Origin: Candidatus Oxydemutatoraceae bacterium
Lineage (GTDB): Bacteria; Pseudomonadota; Gammaproteobacteria; Poriferisulfidales; Oxydemutatoraceae
Assembly (NCBI GenBank): GCA_965218975.1
Contig: OZ244717.1
Coordinates: forward strand, 640,001-704,000
Length of the DNA stretch: 64,000 nucleotides
Reading direction: 5' to 3'
Notes under the pieces: model-generated
Told to the model about the DNA's origin: nothing
Seen by the model: the letters and a program-made list of their open reading frames with translations, nothing else
Databases searched by the model: none
Shown: positions 9,716 to 18,610 of the stretch, in pieces
Layout of the letters: each line of letters opens with the position of its first letter
Position numbering within the stretch: position 1 is the first letter of the stretch
Made by a program: the position numbers and the translations under genes

Positions 9716-10903
9716 TTAATGTTGTTGAACCGCTTGCGCGGCGGTCAAATAATCCGTTTTATCCGCACCGCCGTGTTGCTCCTGAAAAGACACGGCCGCC
9801 GCGTGCATTGATGCGCGCGTCGGGTCAATGCTGTACCCGTCCGGCGCGACAAATCCGGCCGTTGCCGCCGACTGTTTCTCCGGTGTCGCGACCTCACCGA
9901 AATGCACTTGGACCGGTAAACTGCCGAGGAGCGCTTTGACCGCGTCTTTTGCATTCTTGGTCACCGTGTTGCCGTCTTCGGAATACACGATCGTATCGGT
10001 TGTCTTAATGCGCTCCAGCAAATTGATTACCGTCTCTTTGTGTGCCGGTAAAACTTTGCCGGCCTTAATCAACCCTTCAACACACTCTTCCGACGAAGCG
10101 CGCGCGGCTTTTGTCTCACGTTCCTCAAGCGCTTGTTCGCGCCGCTTCAATTCTTCTTCGCGCTCACTCATATCTTTGCTCTCTATGTTTGTGGCCGGTT
10201 TTTCTGTCGTGACACGGAACGCTTTTGCAAGTTCCTCAAGCGCTTGTTCGCGCCGCTTCAATTCTTCTTCGCGCTCACTCATATCTTTGCTCTCTATGTT
10301 TGTGGCCGGTTTTTCTGTCGTGACACGGAACGCTTTTGCAAGTTCCTCAAGCGCTTTGGATACGCCCTGATTGGTTGTTAATTCATTCTCGGCAAAGTGG
10401 TCTGTTTTGCCGGTAACTTTTCGGACTGCATCGATTATTGCGTGCCCAATTCGTTCTGCAAGGTTCATGGTTTTGTCTCCTTCGGTTAATAATTCGGCAG
10501 ATAGATATTCGTCCGGGCTGTCATCGAATACGACCGGTTGCATGCCTTTGACTGCCGGCACCTCGGCGCCGAGGAAGCCGACATGCCGAAGCGCATACGA
10601 TGCCGGCGACGGGTTCGCTTTCGCGCCGGGCTTGTAAAAACTAGCTGAGATTTTTTTGTACCGCCCGGCATGAACTTCATCGGCAAATTTGCCGTCTATC
10701 TGTCGGGGGATGGCGAACAAGGAATTACCCTTACGGTACACATCCGCGATCCAGCCATACGCCGGCGCGTTGTCTTGCGGATGGCCCTTTGTAATCGGCG
10801 CCTCGTGTTTTCGTGCGTCGTAGTTTTGCGCGATCGCATCCAGCTGCGCGATGCCGATCTCCGATGCGTGCCGGCCTGCGCGGAATATCTCTATCGGTTT
10901 CAT
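9716..10903 (-). CDS. Mu gpI-like maturation protease / scaffold
   Basis: IEIFRAGRH...APITKGHP...PAYGW...YKKISASF...LRHVGFLGA..PAVKG. Confidence 0.9.
   Translation of the reverse strand: MKPIEIFRAGRHASEIGIAQLDAIAQNYDARKHEAPITKGHPQDNAPAYGWIADVYRKGNSLFAIPRQIDGKFADEVHAGRYKKISASFYKPGAKANPSPASYALRHVGFLGAEVPAVKGMQPVVFDDSPDEYLSAELLTEGDKTMNLAERIGHAIIDAVRKVTGKTDHFAENELTTNQGVSKALEELAKAFRVTTEKPATNIESKDMSEREEELKRREQALEELAKAFRVTTEKPATNIESKDMSEREEELKRREQALEERETKAARASSEECVEGLIKAGKVLPAHKETVINLLERIKTTDTIVYSEDGNTVTKNAKDAVKALLGSLPVQVHFGEVATPEKQSAATAGFVAPDGYSIDPTRASMHAAAVSFQEQHGGADKTDYLTAAQAVQQH
10120..10356. repeat. In-frame 111-bp tandem duplication bounded by 15-bp direct repeat
   Basis: GTTCCTCAAGCGCTT at 10120, 10231 and 10342; duplicates 37 aa. 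Confidence 0.95.
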
Positions 10904-10958
10904 GCGGGCAATTATTGCCGCCGCCGGTTGATATGTTCAGTAAAAATATTTTCCTGTT
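10904..10958 (-). promoter_or_regulatory. Putative late promoter with activator site (protease operon)
   Basis: 23-bp quasi-palindrome TTCAGTAAAAATATTTTCCTGTT at 10936-10958, matching 18065-18087 at 22/23 positions; AATAAT -10-like box just before ATG. Confidence 0.65.
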
Positions 10959-11237
10959 AGAGGAGATAGTAAACCCTATCCGCCGCCTCGTTCGGCGCTG
11001 TACGGGCGTCAATTTAAGCCGTTTTTCCGCAGATTCGGCTAGATTTGATAAAAAAGCGCCGGAAACAGTCAGAGGTGTATTGCGCAACCCCTATTAAAAC
11101 CCTATTAAGACCCCTATTAAGCTTATTAAATTTTTTTAAATGTGGTTATACACGTCTGCACTCCGAAACGGCGCAAAATGCGCCTTATTTTGGCTCGGCG
11201 GTCGGCCCCGGGGCGCGGGTCCTCGCAAGTCATGCCT

Positions 11238-11723
11238 CTAGCTGATGCCGGGTGTGAGGTGCGCCGTCAGAATCTCAATAATCTCATCGCGTCCTTCGTC
11301 GGACAGTCCGAGGAAAGAACGGGCCGGAATGTCGCCCCACGGAATCGGCGCGCCGCGTTTGGTAGTGCCGAATTGACCTTTCTTCGCGCCGAACTGATGG
11401 GTGGCCGCATAAATGACATTCGTGCCGGCCTGCGCAAAGTCCGATCCATGCGCAGCCACAATACTTTGTGCCAATCTGCCGGTCTGTTGCAATATTTTGC
11501 CCGTGCCGCGGCCGCTCTTTTGTCGTCGGGCGATTGTGACTGAACTTAACTTCGCCCAAGCCGTGCCGTCGGGTGCTTGCTCTTTGTCGAAAGACTCCTC
11601 AACCACATCCGCCAGCACGCCGGAGATCGCATCCATTGCCGGTGATAGATCATCACCGCGCTTGACCAATCGATTCAACAGCCGGCGTAACTGTTGATCT
11701 TGCAATTTAATTTTGATGTCCAT
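11238..11723 (-). CDS. Mu gpG-like virion morphogenesis protein
   Basis: F.KEQAPDGTAW...LQQTGRLAQSI...GTNVIYAATHQFG...IPARSFLGLS. Confidence 0.92.
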   Translation of the reverse strand: MDIKIKLQDQQLRRLLNRLVKRGDDLSPAMDAISGVLADVVEESFDKEQAPDGTAWAKLSSVTIARRQKSGRGTGKILQQTGRLAQSIVAAHGSDFAQAGTNVIYAATHQFGAKKGQFGTTKRGAPIPWGDIPARSFLGLSDEGRDEIIEILTAHLTPGIS

Positions 11724-11742
11724 TTATGGTATTATTTTAAGC

Positions 11743-11844
11743 GGGTGATGTGGCGCTTGGTTGGTTTTGCCCCAGGGCTGATAACCATCCAAGCCGGAAG
11801 TATCCTATCCTGGGCGTAGCAAGGCTGGTTCGATCGCATCACCC
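11743..11844 (+). ncRNA. Candidate structured small RNA, convergent with muF
   Basis: 11-bp closing stem, inner stem and 7-bp pseudoknot; extended -10 TGGTATTAT at 11727-11735. Confidence 0.5.
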
Positions 11845-13194
11845 ACCTGCTTTCTTATAGAGTAGAGCCCCACGCCGATGACGATCAAAGTATCGGGCAG
11901 AGCTCGGAAACGTTGTCCAAAGTAAAGTGCCGTCGGTGTTCTCGCGCACGATTGCTAAAAAGTTTTTCCCTTTGTCCGACCGAAACATTTTAAAGTAGCG
12001 TTTACGGAAATATCCGTTCTGATATTCGCTTAGCCAGATTTCATCGGGTGTTCGCAATGTTAGTGATATAAACTTGCTAAACTGCTCTCTTCTAACACTA
12101 CGATCTTCAATAATATGGCTGAGTAAATCCTCGTGTATTTCTACCACCTCAATCGGCGTGGTAACCACACGATGATCTTGCTCACCGAGCAACTCGCGTT
12201 TGAGCGTTCTGCGCGCATCTGCGACCGACTTATCTTTAGGCAGCATCGCCGGTGCCGGCGGCAAGTCTGTGCGTTCGGCAAGGTCTCTAGCAGACGGTAA
12301 ACCGTAATCCTTAAATGTCTTTTGATCGGGCTTCAGCAACGCAACCTTCCTGCCGCCGGCGCTGCCGATCGCATCCGGCAGCTGTCCTTCGAGGTCGTAG
12401 ATCGGTCTCGCCCGGCCCGGGTTGTAACCGAAGCCCGCATCCGGCGCAAACATCACTTGCCTGCCGGTTGCATCTTTGCCGACATAGCGTACCGCCGGCT
12501 CGGTGATGACTTCACCGGTCGTCTTATCAACCGCAGCTTGTTGCTCAAACTTTTTCAGTTTCCCTTTGCTGCTCTCAACTTTCAGGCCGCGCCTGTTTAA
12601 TGCGTTGTCGCTCAACGTGCGCACCCGGCAACGACAGTTCCAGCCGTTCGGCGGGTAGATCGTATCCCAGATCGGATCGTCGTGGCGAAATACCTTGCCG
12701 TGCAACGCGCGGTGGTGGTCGCGCGTGCGCCCGTCCAGCACCGCGACATACTGCCAGTAGGGCCGTGCGCCGATTGCAAGCTTTGCTTGCCGCGCCTGTT
12801 CGCGGTAACGCCCGGCGTTATATGCCGATGCCAGATTCTGCCGAAAGATCGTTTTCAAACGGTGGTGCGAACCTAACTGCACGAGTTGCGCCGTGCCGTC
12901 CGGGCCTTCTTTGACGTGCTTACCCCACCAGCCTAACTTGCGCAGACGCGGTTCAAGTTCATCGGCAAATTGTTTGAGTGTGATGCCTTCGGTGATTGCA
13001 CGGTCCGCCGATTGGCGGATCGTGCGCAGCACTTCAAGTTTGGTCGCCTTCGCGACAGTGAAAGCCTGCGCGTGTGATTGCTGCCACACATCATGCCAAT
13101 CCCAGCTGATCGCATAGCCTTTGCTCCTGAAATACGCAATCGCTTGCGCCGGCGGCTGCCGGACCGCAAACCCGAGGTCAACCGCCTCGGGCAT
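11839..13194 (-). CDS. MuF (gp30) minor head protein with C-terminal nuclease-like (PBECR2-like) extension
   Basis: MuF motif DGRTRDHHRALHGK...PPNGWNCRC; C-terminal ~110 aa HII.DR...REQF...TLRTPDEIW...RKRYFK...WTTF resembles PBECR2 (recognised by eye). Confidence 0.82.
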   Translation of the reverse strand: MPEAVDLGFAVRQPPAQAIAYFRSKGYAISWDWHDVWQQSHAQAFTVAKATKLEVLRTIRQSADRAITEGITLKQFADELEPRLRKLGWWGKHVKEGPDGTAQLVQLGSHHRLKTIFRQNLASAYNAGRYREQARQAKLAIGARPYWQYVAVLDGRTRDHHRALHGKVFRHDDPIWDTIYPPNGWNCRCRVRTLSDNALNRRGLKVESSKGKLKKFEQQAAVDKTTGEVITEPAVRYVGKDATGRQVMFAPDAGFGYNPGRARPIYDLEGQLPDAIGSAGGRKVALLKPDQKTFKDYGLPSARDLAERTDLPPAPAMLPKDKSVADARRTLKRELLGEQDHRVVTTPIEVVEIHEDLLSHIIEDRSVRREQFSKFISLTLRTPDEIWLSEYQNGYFRKRYFKMFRSDKGKNFLAIVRENTDGTLLWTTFPSSARYFDRHRRGALLYKKAGG

Positions 13195-14608
13195 TCAGCC
13201 GCCCCCATGTCTCGGCGACAAAGATGATCCGCGCAAGCGTGTCTTGCAGTACCGTTTCGTCCATGTCCGGGTAACGTTCGGCGATCGCGCCGAGAAGGAC
13301 CGTCGGGTCATGCTCTATTTGAGCGATCAGCGATCGCATCAATTGTTCGGATATGTTTTGCAGATTGCCCTCATTAATCGAATCCAAAATCTGCTCAAAT
13401 TCGGCAAAGTGTAATGATGGATTATCATCCGGCGCGTTGTCAGCTAACGGCGGTGTGCCTATATCCTCGACCTCAACCCCGTAATTATCTTCGATGTATT
13501 GCCGGGTCGGACGATAGCCCATATCGAACAAAATCTTGTCGCGTTCGGCGCGCTCTTTCGCTGTGCCGGCCTCAAACACACGCATGACTTTCGGTATTGC
13601 CGCGCCGGGAAAATTCCACTCTGTCAGCCAACGTGCCACCGAGCGCGTGAACGAGTCGTCAATCAAGTGTGCGTCGGCCGTCACTTTCTCCTCGCGCACT
13701 GCATAATGCACTTCCGCCTGACTTCGGCTTGAGCCCGCGTCGGTCGTCATCGTTTGACCGACGACTACTTTGGCGATCGCTGCATCAATGACTTGATGGA
13801 AGCCGCCGTACTCCGGTCGCCCGGGCCGTGACGCCTCCAACAACTCCAGGCTCATACCTTCGGGGATAATCACCGCGCTGTCGCTGCGTAATCTGCCGGC
13901 AGCTTCAAGCAGCTTGTTTTGGTCGGCTTCGGGAGTCCCGGCCGGGTACCTGCCGACCGCCGAAGGCCCGCCGAACTTATCCAAAAACTTCAGCCAAAAC
14001 CGCATGCCGTTGCGCTTGAAGAATACCGGCCAATATAAATAGTGTCCAAGTCCGATCCCGTACGGTTCGTCGTCGTGTGTCGCGCCGGTCGCAATGTGCC
14101 AAAATTTTTTCTCCGGCAGCGCTTCGCCGTCCGGTTTGTGCGTAGTTAATAACTTGAGATTAAACTGCGGGTCAAAACCGAACCGTGCGTGATTGCGCAC
14201 CCTGATCTCATCCAAGACGATGGTGCGACCGTCTCTTTGCCACAGGCATTCCGCAACCGCATAGCCGTAGAAGATCGCATACCACATGCGCTCGCATACC
14301 GTGTCCCAGCGCACATGCCGCAATATCTCGCGGATAAAATCGGCCGCGGCCTTGTCGCGGCGCATCTTACCGCCCGGCGTCACTTCCCAGGCGCGCGCAA
14401 TCAATGCGAGACGTCGTTGCGTGGCGGTGGAATACACTTGGTCGTCCGAGAGTAAATCACGATATGCCTCGTGTCCGAACCACGTGCCATACCGATACCG
14501 CAACACCGGGTCGGTCGGCGGCAACAACGGTAGATAATCCACATAACCGCGTGTGATGTCGCGCCCGTCAAGCGTCGTTGCGATGACCTCAAATGCACGC
14601 TTGTCCAT
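13178..14608 (-). CDS. Portal protein (Mu gp29, DUF935)
   Basis: FWLKFLDKFGGP..VGRY...IAKVVVGQTMTT..GSSRSQAEVH. Confidence 0.93.
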   Translation of the reverse strand: MDKRAFEVIATTLDGRDITRGYVDYLPLLPPTDPVLRYRYGTWFGHEAYRDLLSDDQVYSTATQRRLALIARAWEVTPGGKMRRDKAAADFIREILRHVRWDTVCERMWYAIFYGYAVAECLWQRDGRTIVLDEIRVRNHARFGFDPQFNLKLLTTHKPDGEALPEKKFWHIATGATHDDEPYGIGLGHYLYWPVFFKRNGMRFWLKFLDKFGGPSAVGRYPAGTPEADQNKLLEAAGRLRSDSAVIIPEGMSLELLEASRPGRPEYGGFHQVIDAAIAKVVVGQTMTTDAGSSRSQAEVHYAVREEKVTADAHLIDDSFTRSVARWLTEWNFPGAAIPKVMRVFEAGTAKERAERDKILFDMGYRPTRQYIEDNYGVEVEDIGTPPLADNAPDDNPSLHFAEFEQILDSINEGNLQNISEQLMRSLIAQIEHDPTVLLGAIAERYPDMDETVLQDTLARIIFVAETWGRLNARGG

Positions 14609-15978
14609 TACATGTATCCGCTGTAGTCTTGCCCTGCGCCGAAGCCGATCAAGCCGCTATCGACATTCGCCGGGACCGACTTAAACTCAATCGGCACGAC
14701 TGGATTGCTCGCCGCATGAATCGCCAGTGCATGCGCCCAGAACTCGTCGGCGTGTCCGGTCTCGGAGCGGTCGGCATCAAAGCGTGGATTGCCGGCGCTC
14801 GTCATCACACGCTTGACCGCATGATGGCTGTTGCGAATGTCGGTGTCGGCGGGCAGGCGAATTAAATCGTCTTCAAATGCCGTTTTAATTCCGGTTGCAA
14901 GGTCTAACTTTGTCGGGCCGGAAAACAATACGCCTTCCACGCGATAGGCGCCGAAACGTGTTTGCAAGTCCTCAGCTAATGCCTCGCCCATGCCGGTCTG
15001 GTCAACGCAAGCACGCGCAACTTTATATCGCTTCATTACCCGCTCAAACTCCGCTCTTTGATAAGCGAACCGTGCACGCTTCAGCCTCACCACTTCGCGC
15101 GTCCATAGCTTGCCTGCATGATTTTCCAACACCCATATCACGGTCAGGTCACGCCGGCGCGCAATGTCCATTCCGACCCAGCAGGTATTGCCGCGGTACA
15201 ACTCCGGCCTACCGGCATCGTCCGCCTCGCAGCCGCTGATCAGATTCCAGGTGAGCCACGCGCTCGCCGCATCTATCGGCACACACATATATTCTTGTCG
15301 GAATAAATCTTCATCGCCAGCCGTCTCGCGACATTGCGCGACGAACGCCTCACGCCCGGCAGCGGGTAATTTTTTCCCGGCAATCTTGTCGGCCAGCCCG
15401 TCGGCGACCGCCTGCGTGATCGGTGTGCTGTGTAACGACCATCCGCTTTTGGCGCGCTTGGCATCTTCCACCAACCGATAATAACGATTGCCTTTCCCGT
15501 TGTAGGTGCTTAATACCCGAATCGGGTAACCCCAAGTGATGACCGGTACCGCCGCTCGCCACAACTCATCGGCATTGTCATGAAAAGCAAATTCATCCAA
15601 CACGACTTTGCCGCCTTTGGATCGAAAGCCGCGCGGATTAGAAGATAAACCATGTATGCGCTTGCCGTTGGCAAGTTCGATTACCAATGCTTTAATGTCT
15701 TTGTCCCGGTCTAACACCACCTCTCCTAACTCATGTGCTGCAATGTTCAATAGGCGCGCCCACTGTGCGCAGTACAAAATGTACTCTTTGGCGGCGCTCG
15801 CATCGGCAGACGAAAACCACACATCCATGCCCTTGTTGGTAGCCGCGTCGCGCACGTCCTCATAGGCTTGTACGTAGGTCGCACCGATGCGCCGCGACTT
15901 CTCCCATATTTTCATTCGCGAGCGGTCCTTGAGCCAATGCTCTTGGTAGGGTAGAAAATACTTTGCCTCTCTCTTCAC
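14608..15978 (-). CDS. Terminase large subunit (Mu gp28-like)
   Basis: EKSRRIGAT, VVLDEFAFH, GMDIARRRDLT, HADEFWA. Confidence 0.95.
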   Translation of the reverse strand: MKREAKYFLPYQEHWLKDRSRMKIWEKSRRIGATYVQAYEDVRDAATNKGMDVWFSSADASAAKEYILYCAQWARLLNIAAHELGEVVLDRDKDIKALVIELANGKRIHGLSSNPRGFRSKGGKVVLDEFAFHDNADELWRAAVPVITWGYPIRVLSTYNGKGNRYYRLVEDAKRAKSGWSLHSTPITQAVADGLADKIAGKKLPAAGREAFVAQCRETAGDEDLFRQEYMCVPIDAASAWLTWNLISGCEADDAGRPELYRGNTCWVGMDIARRRDLTVIWVLENHAGKLWTREVVRLKRARFAYQRAEFERVMKRYKVARACVDQTGMGEALAEDLQTRFGAYRVEGVLFSGPTKLDLATGIKTAFEDDLIRLPADTDIRNSHHAVKRVMTSAGNPRFDADRSETGHADEFWAHALAIHAASNPVVPIEFKSVPANVDSGLIGFGAGQDYSGYM

Positions 15979-16523
15979 GACAGCCCCAACACCTGTTGCT
16001 CGATCGTCTTTAACGTCTGCTCGCTGACGCCTGCTTTGCGACCGCTGTCCTTGACTGCATCCGCTGCTTCTTTTTTCACTAGGTCGCGAATCTCTTGCTC
16101 CCGCCTAAGACTAATCGTCGAGGCCTGCTCCAATCGATGGATCGCGGTGGCAATCTCGCGCAGCGCCTTCGGTGCCGGCGGCTGACTATCCGCCCCGATC
16201 TTCGTTGCGACCTCAAATGCCAACATGCGCACGATCTCATTCAGCAGATGCCCGATTTCTCCCTCCGGCACCGCCCCCAACTTGTCCAACCACATCTTCG
16301 CTAGTTCGCGCGACTCGCGTAATTTCTTGCCGACCGTTTCCATCCGCGCCGCATGTCGTTGCACTGCGGATTTGCTGACGCGAATATCCAGCCCTGCCTG
16401 CTCGAGCAACCGGTTCAGCTGATCGGTCACCTGTTGTTGCGTTGTCGTACGATCGCGCAGCCACGCATTCAATTGGTCGCGTAGGTTCTCCGGTAATTGT
16501 TTGATCGACGACGGGTAGGGCAC
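15975..16523 (-). CDS. Mu gp27-like small terminase (DUF3486)
   Basis: SSIKQLP...VSKSAVQRH. Confidence 0.85.
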   Translation of the reverse strand: MPYPSSIKQLPENLRDQLNAWLRDRTTTQQQVTDQLNRLLEQAGLDIRVSKSAVQRHAARMETVGKKLRESRELAKMWLDKLGAVPEGEIGHLLNEIVRMLAFEVATKIGADSQPPAPKALREIATAIHRLEQASTISLRREQEIRDLVKKEAADAVKDSGRKAGVSEQTLKTIEQQVLGLS

Positions 16524-16525
16524 AC

Positions 16526-16822
16526 TTAATTCGGTCGTGGTTGCGCGATACCCGGAATACTCACCGCGCCTCCGGCAACATCCATACCGCGCCGCGTAAT
16601 TTGCGCGACATATAAATCGCCGTGCTTAATCAGGCGCACCATCCCTTGTTCCGCAAGCCAAGTCAATTCGGTGCGCAGTTTGTCCGCGCTGATCGTGTGT
16701 CCGGCTTCGACGAGCACGAGGAGCAGCACGTCCTCGTTGTGGCTATATGCGGAATCGGCTTGCAGTGCGGATAAAATTCTTAACCTTTGGTCTTCGGTGA
16801 CCAATGCGGGGTAGTCATTCAT
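16526..16822 (-). CDS. Mu gp26-like winged-helix protein
   Basis: EDQRLRIL..L...LRTELTWLAEQG...ITRRGMDVA.G. Confidence 0.82.
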   Translation of the reverse strand: MNDYPALVTEDQRLRILSALQADSAYSHNEDVLLLVLVEAGHTISADKLRTELTWLAEQGMVRLIKHGDLYVAQITRRGMDVAGGAVSIPGIAQPRPN

Positions 16823-17144
16823 TGAGTTCTTTGTGATGCAGTAAGTTGGTGATGTTTTGATTGCCTTGGAACTGCCCCTCGAGCCGTTTAAGCTCGGCGA
16901 GCACGTCGGTGATGCGTGAGTGCAAAGTCTCGATGTCTTTCTTTGTCGGCGCCGTGGCCGCTTGCACTTCTATACGCTTCTCTAGGTTGCCGTGGGCGCG
17001 GCGCAGTGTCTGAATCTCCTCACGGTTCGCCGTGGTGCGCCGCGCGACGAACGCATAAACAATCCCGACGACCAGCACGACCGATTGAGTCACATCCAGC
17101 CCGAATTTCCACCACGACGGGTTATGCAGAAACTCCAACTCCAT
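16815..17144 (-). CDS. Membrane-anchored coiled-coil protein (DUF2730 / Mu gp25-like)
   Basis: N-terminal TM, coiled coil, position. Confidence 0.65.
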   Translation of the reverse strand: MELEFLHNPSWWKFGLDVTQSVVLVVGIVYAFVARRTTANREEIQTLRRAHGNLEKRIEVQAATAPTKKDIETLHSRITDVLAELKRLEGQFQGNQNITNLLHHKELNE

Positions 17145-17581
17145 CAGTCTTTTGTGCCTTTACACAACTGCTTGATCCCGTTCATCAGGGCGTTAGGCGT
17201 GGCGCCCATATCTTTCAATGTCGCAATCCCCCAAATGCCACCGGTGATCGCATAGTAGATGCGCATCCAACCCTCAGGCACCGCATTAAAATTCTTCCAC
17301 ATCAGCGCGACCGCCTCATTGCCGCCGAAAAAGGGCGCGGCGACGGTGAAAATAATCGGCAGTGCAAACAGCGAAAACGACGCCCATTTCAACCCGATGC
17401 TTGATTGACGCAATGCAGCCATCTCCCACTCGTGGTTTGCTTCGGATTGACTCTGCATCAGACGCGCCCGATTGTTGATTTCGGACATCTGTAAATTGTG
17501 CTTGGCTTTGGACTTCTCGGCTTTGTTGTGTAGCCACTGTTTGCCCACGCCGCTGACGGCGCTGATTATTGTCCCGATCAT
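17144..17581 (-). CDS. Putative holin
   Basis: Amphipathic N-terminus plus two hydrophobic segments; adjacent to lysozyme. Confidence 0.6.
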   Translation of the reverse strand: MIGTIISAVSGVGKQWLHNKAEKSKAKHNLQMSEINNRARLMQSQSEANHEWEMAALRQSSIGLKWASFSLFALPIIFTVAAPFFGGNEAVALMWKNFNAVPEGWMRIYYAITGGIWGIATLKDMGATPNALMNGIKQLCKGTKD

Positions 17582-17598
17582 ATTACCTCTTTAACTCG

Positions 17599-18033
17599 TT
17601 AAGATTGATACAATTCCGCTTCTGCCGCCCGACGCTTTACCAACCCAGACAGTCGTTTGCCGCCGGCATTCACCCAACGGCCGAACTCGGCAGTCGCTTC
17701 ATCATGCTTGCCTGCTAATACCCTCTGCCTCAGTGTTGAACGCCGCAAGGCTCCGCGCCCGAGATTGAACGTGAAACTGACCAGCGCATCAAATTGCCCG
17801 TCGGTCAACTCACCCGGAATCAGATCGCAGACGGCGCGCTCCGCATCTGCGACGTCGCGACGCAGGATTTCCTCCGCTTCATCCTCGCTGATGCTACTGC
17901 CGAAATCTTCGCCGCCCAAAACCACATGTCCGTAGCCGATTGTCGGTTTGCCGGCGGGACATATATATATGGTGTCGGAATAACCCTCGAACCGTTTGAT
18001 TAAGTCTAATCCTTGTTGGGTGATATGGCGCAT
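17599..18033 (-). CDS. Endolysin, GH24 lysozyme
   Basis: LIKRFEG...Y.CPAG.PTIGYGH...QFDALVSFTFNLG...GLVKRRAAE. Confidence 0.95.
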   Translation of the reverse strand: MRHITQQGLDLIKRFEGYSDTIYICPAGKPTIGYGHVVLGGEDFGSSISEDEAEEILRRDVADAERAVCDLIPGELTDGQFDALVSFTFNLGRGALRRSTLRQRVLAGKHDEATAEFGRWVNAGGKRLSGLVKRRAAEAELYQS

Positions 18034-18087
18034 GCGGGTAATTTATCCGCAGGGCAGGGAATTATTCAGTAAAAATATTTTTCTGTT
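18034..18087 (-). promoter_or_regulatory. Putative late promoter with activator site (lysis operon)
   Basis: TTCAGTAAAAATATTTTTCTGTT at 18065-18087; TAAATT -10-like box just before ATG. Confidence 0.65.
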
Positions 18088-18601
18088 GGGTGGTGTCTAA
18101 AATATGCCGGATGGTCACGCCGGACAAGCCGAACTCGTCAATGAGTTCGGCGATTGATTTACCGTTGCGGTACGCCCGCCGCACCGCTTCTGCCGCCCGA
18201 CGCTTTACCGACCCAGACAGTCGTTTGCCGCCGGCATTCACCCAACGGCCGAACTCGGCAGTCGCTTCATCATGCTTGCCTGCTAATACCCTCTGCCTCA
18301 GTGTTGAACGCCGCAAGGCTCCGCGCCCGAGATTGAACGTGAAACTGACCAGCGCATCAAATTGCCCGTCGGTCAACTCACCCGGAATCAGATCGCAGAC
18401 GGCGCGCTCCGCATCTGCGACGTCGCGACGCAGGATTTCCTCCGCTTCATCCTCGCTGATGCTACTGCCGAAATCTTCGCCGCCCAAAACCACATGTCCG
18501 TAGCCGATTGTCGGTTTGCCGGCGGGACATATATATATGGTGTCGGAATAACCCTCGAACCGTTTGATTAAGTCTAATCCTTGTTGGGTGATATGGCGCA
18601 T
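18062..18601 (-). CDS. Chimeric lysozyme fused in frame to the C-terminal HTH of the Mor-like activator
   Basis: First ~139 aa match 17599-18033 (one L>S change); last ~41 aa match the end of 18611-18985; junction microhomology CCGCTTC. Confidence 0.8.
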   Translation of the reverse strand: MRHITQQGLDLIKRFEGYSDTIYICPAGKPTIGYGHVVLGGEDFGSSISEDEAEEILRRDVADAERAVCDLIPGELTDGQFDALVSFTFNLGRGALRRSTLRQRVLAGKHDEATAEFGRWVNAGGKRLSGSVKRRAAEAVRRAYRNGKSIAELIDEFGLSGVTIRHILDTTQQKNIFTE

Positions 18602-18610
18602 GGCAGGGAA

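Noticed and set aside
11088-11130. CCCTATTAA x3 as a novel element
   Set aside because: Short AT-rich repeats in the G-I intergenic region; too little information to support a claim
11815-11847. tRNA gene (GGTTCGAT resembles a T-loop)
   Set aside because: No T-stem, D-arm or anticodon arm can be built; kept only as part of the structured-RNA candidate
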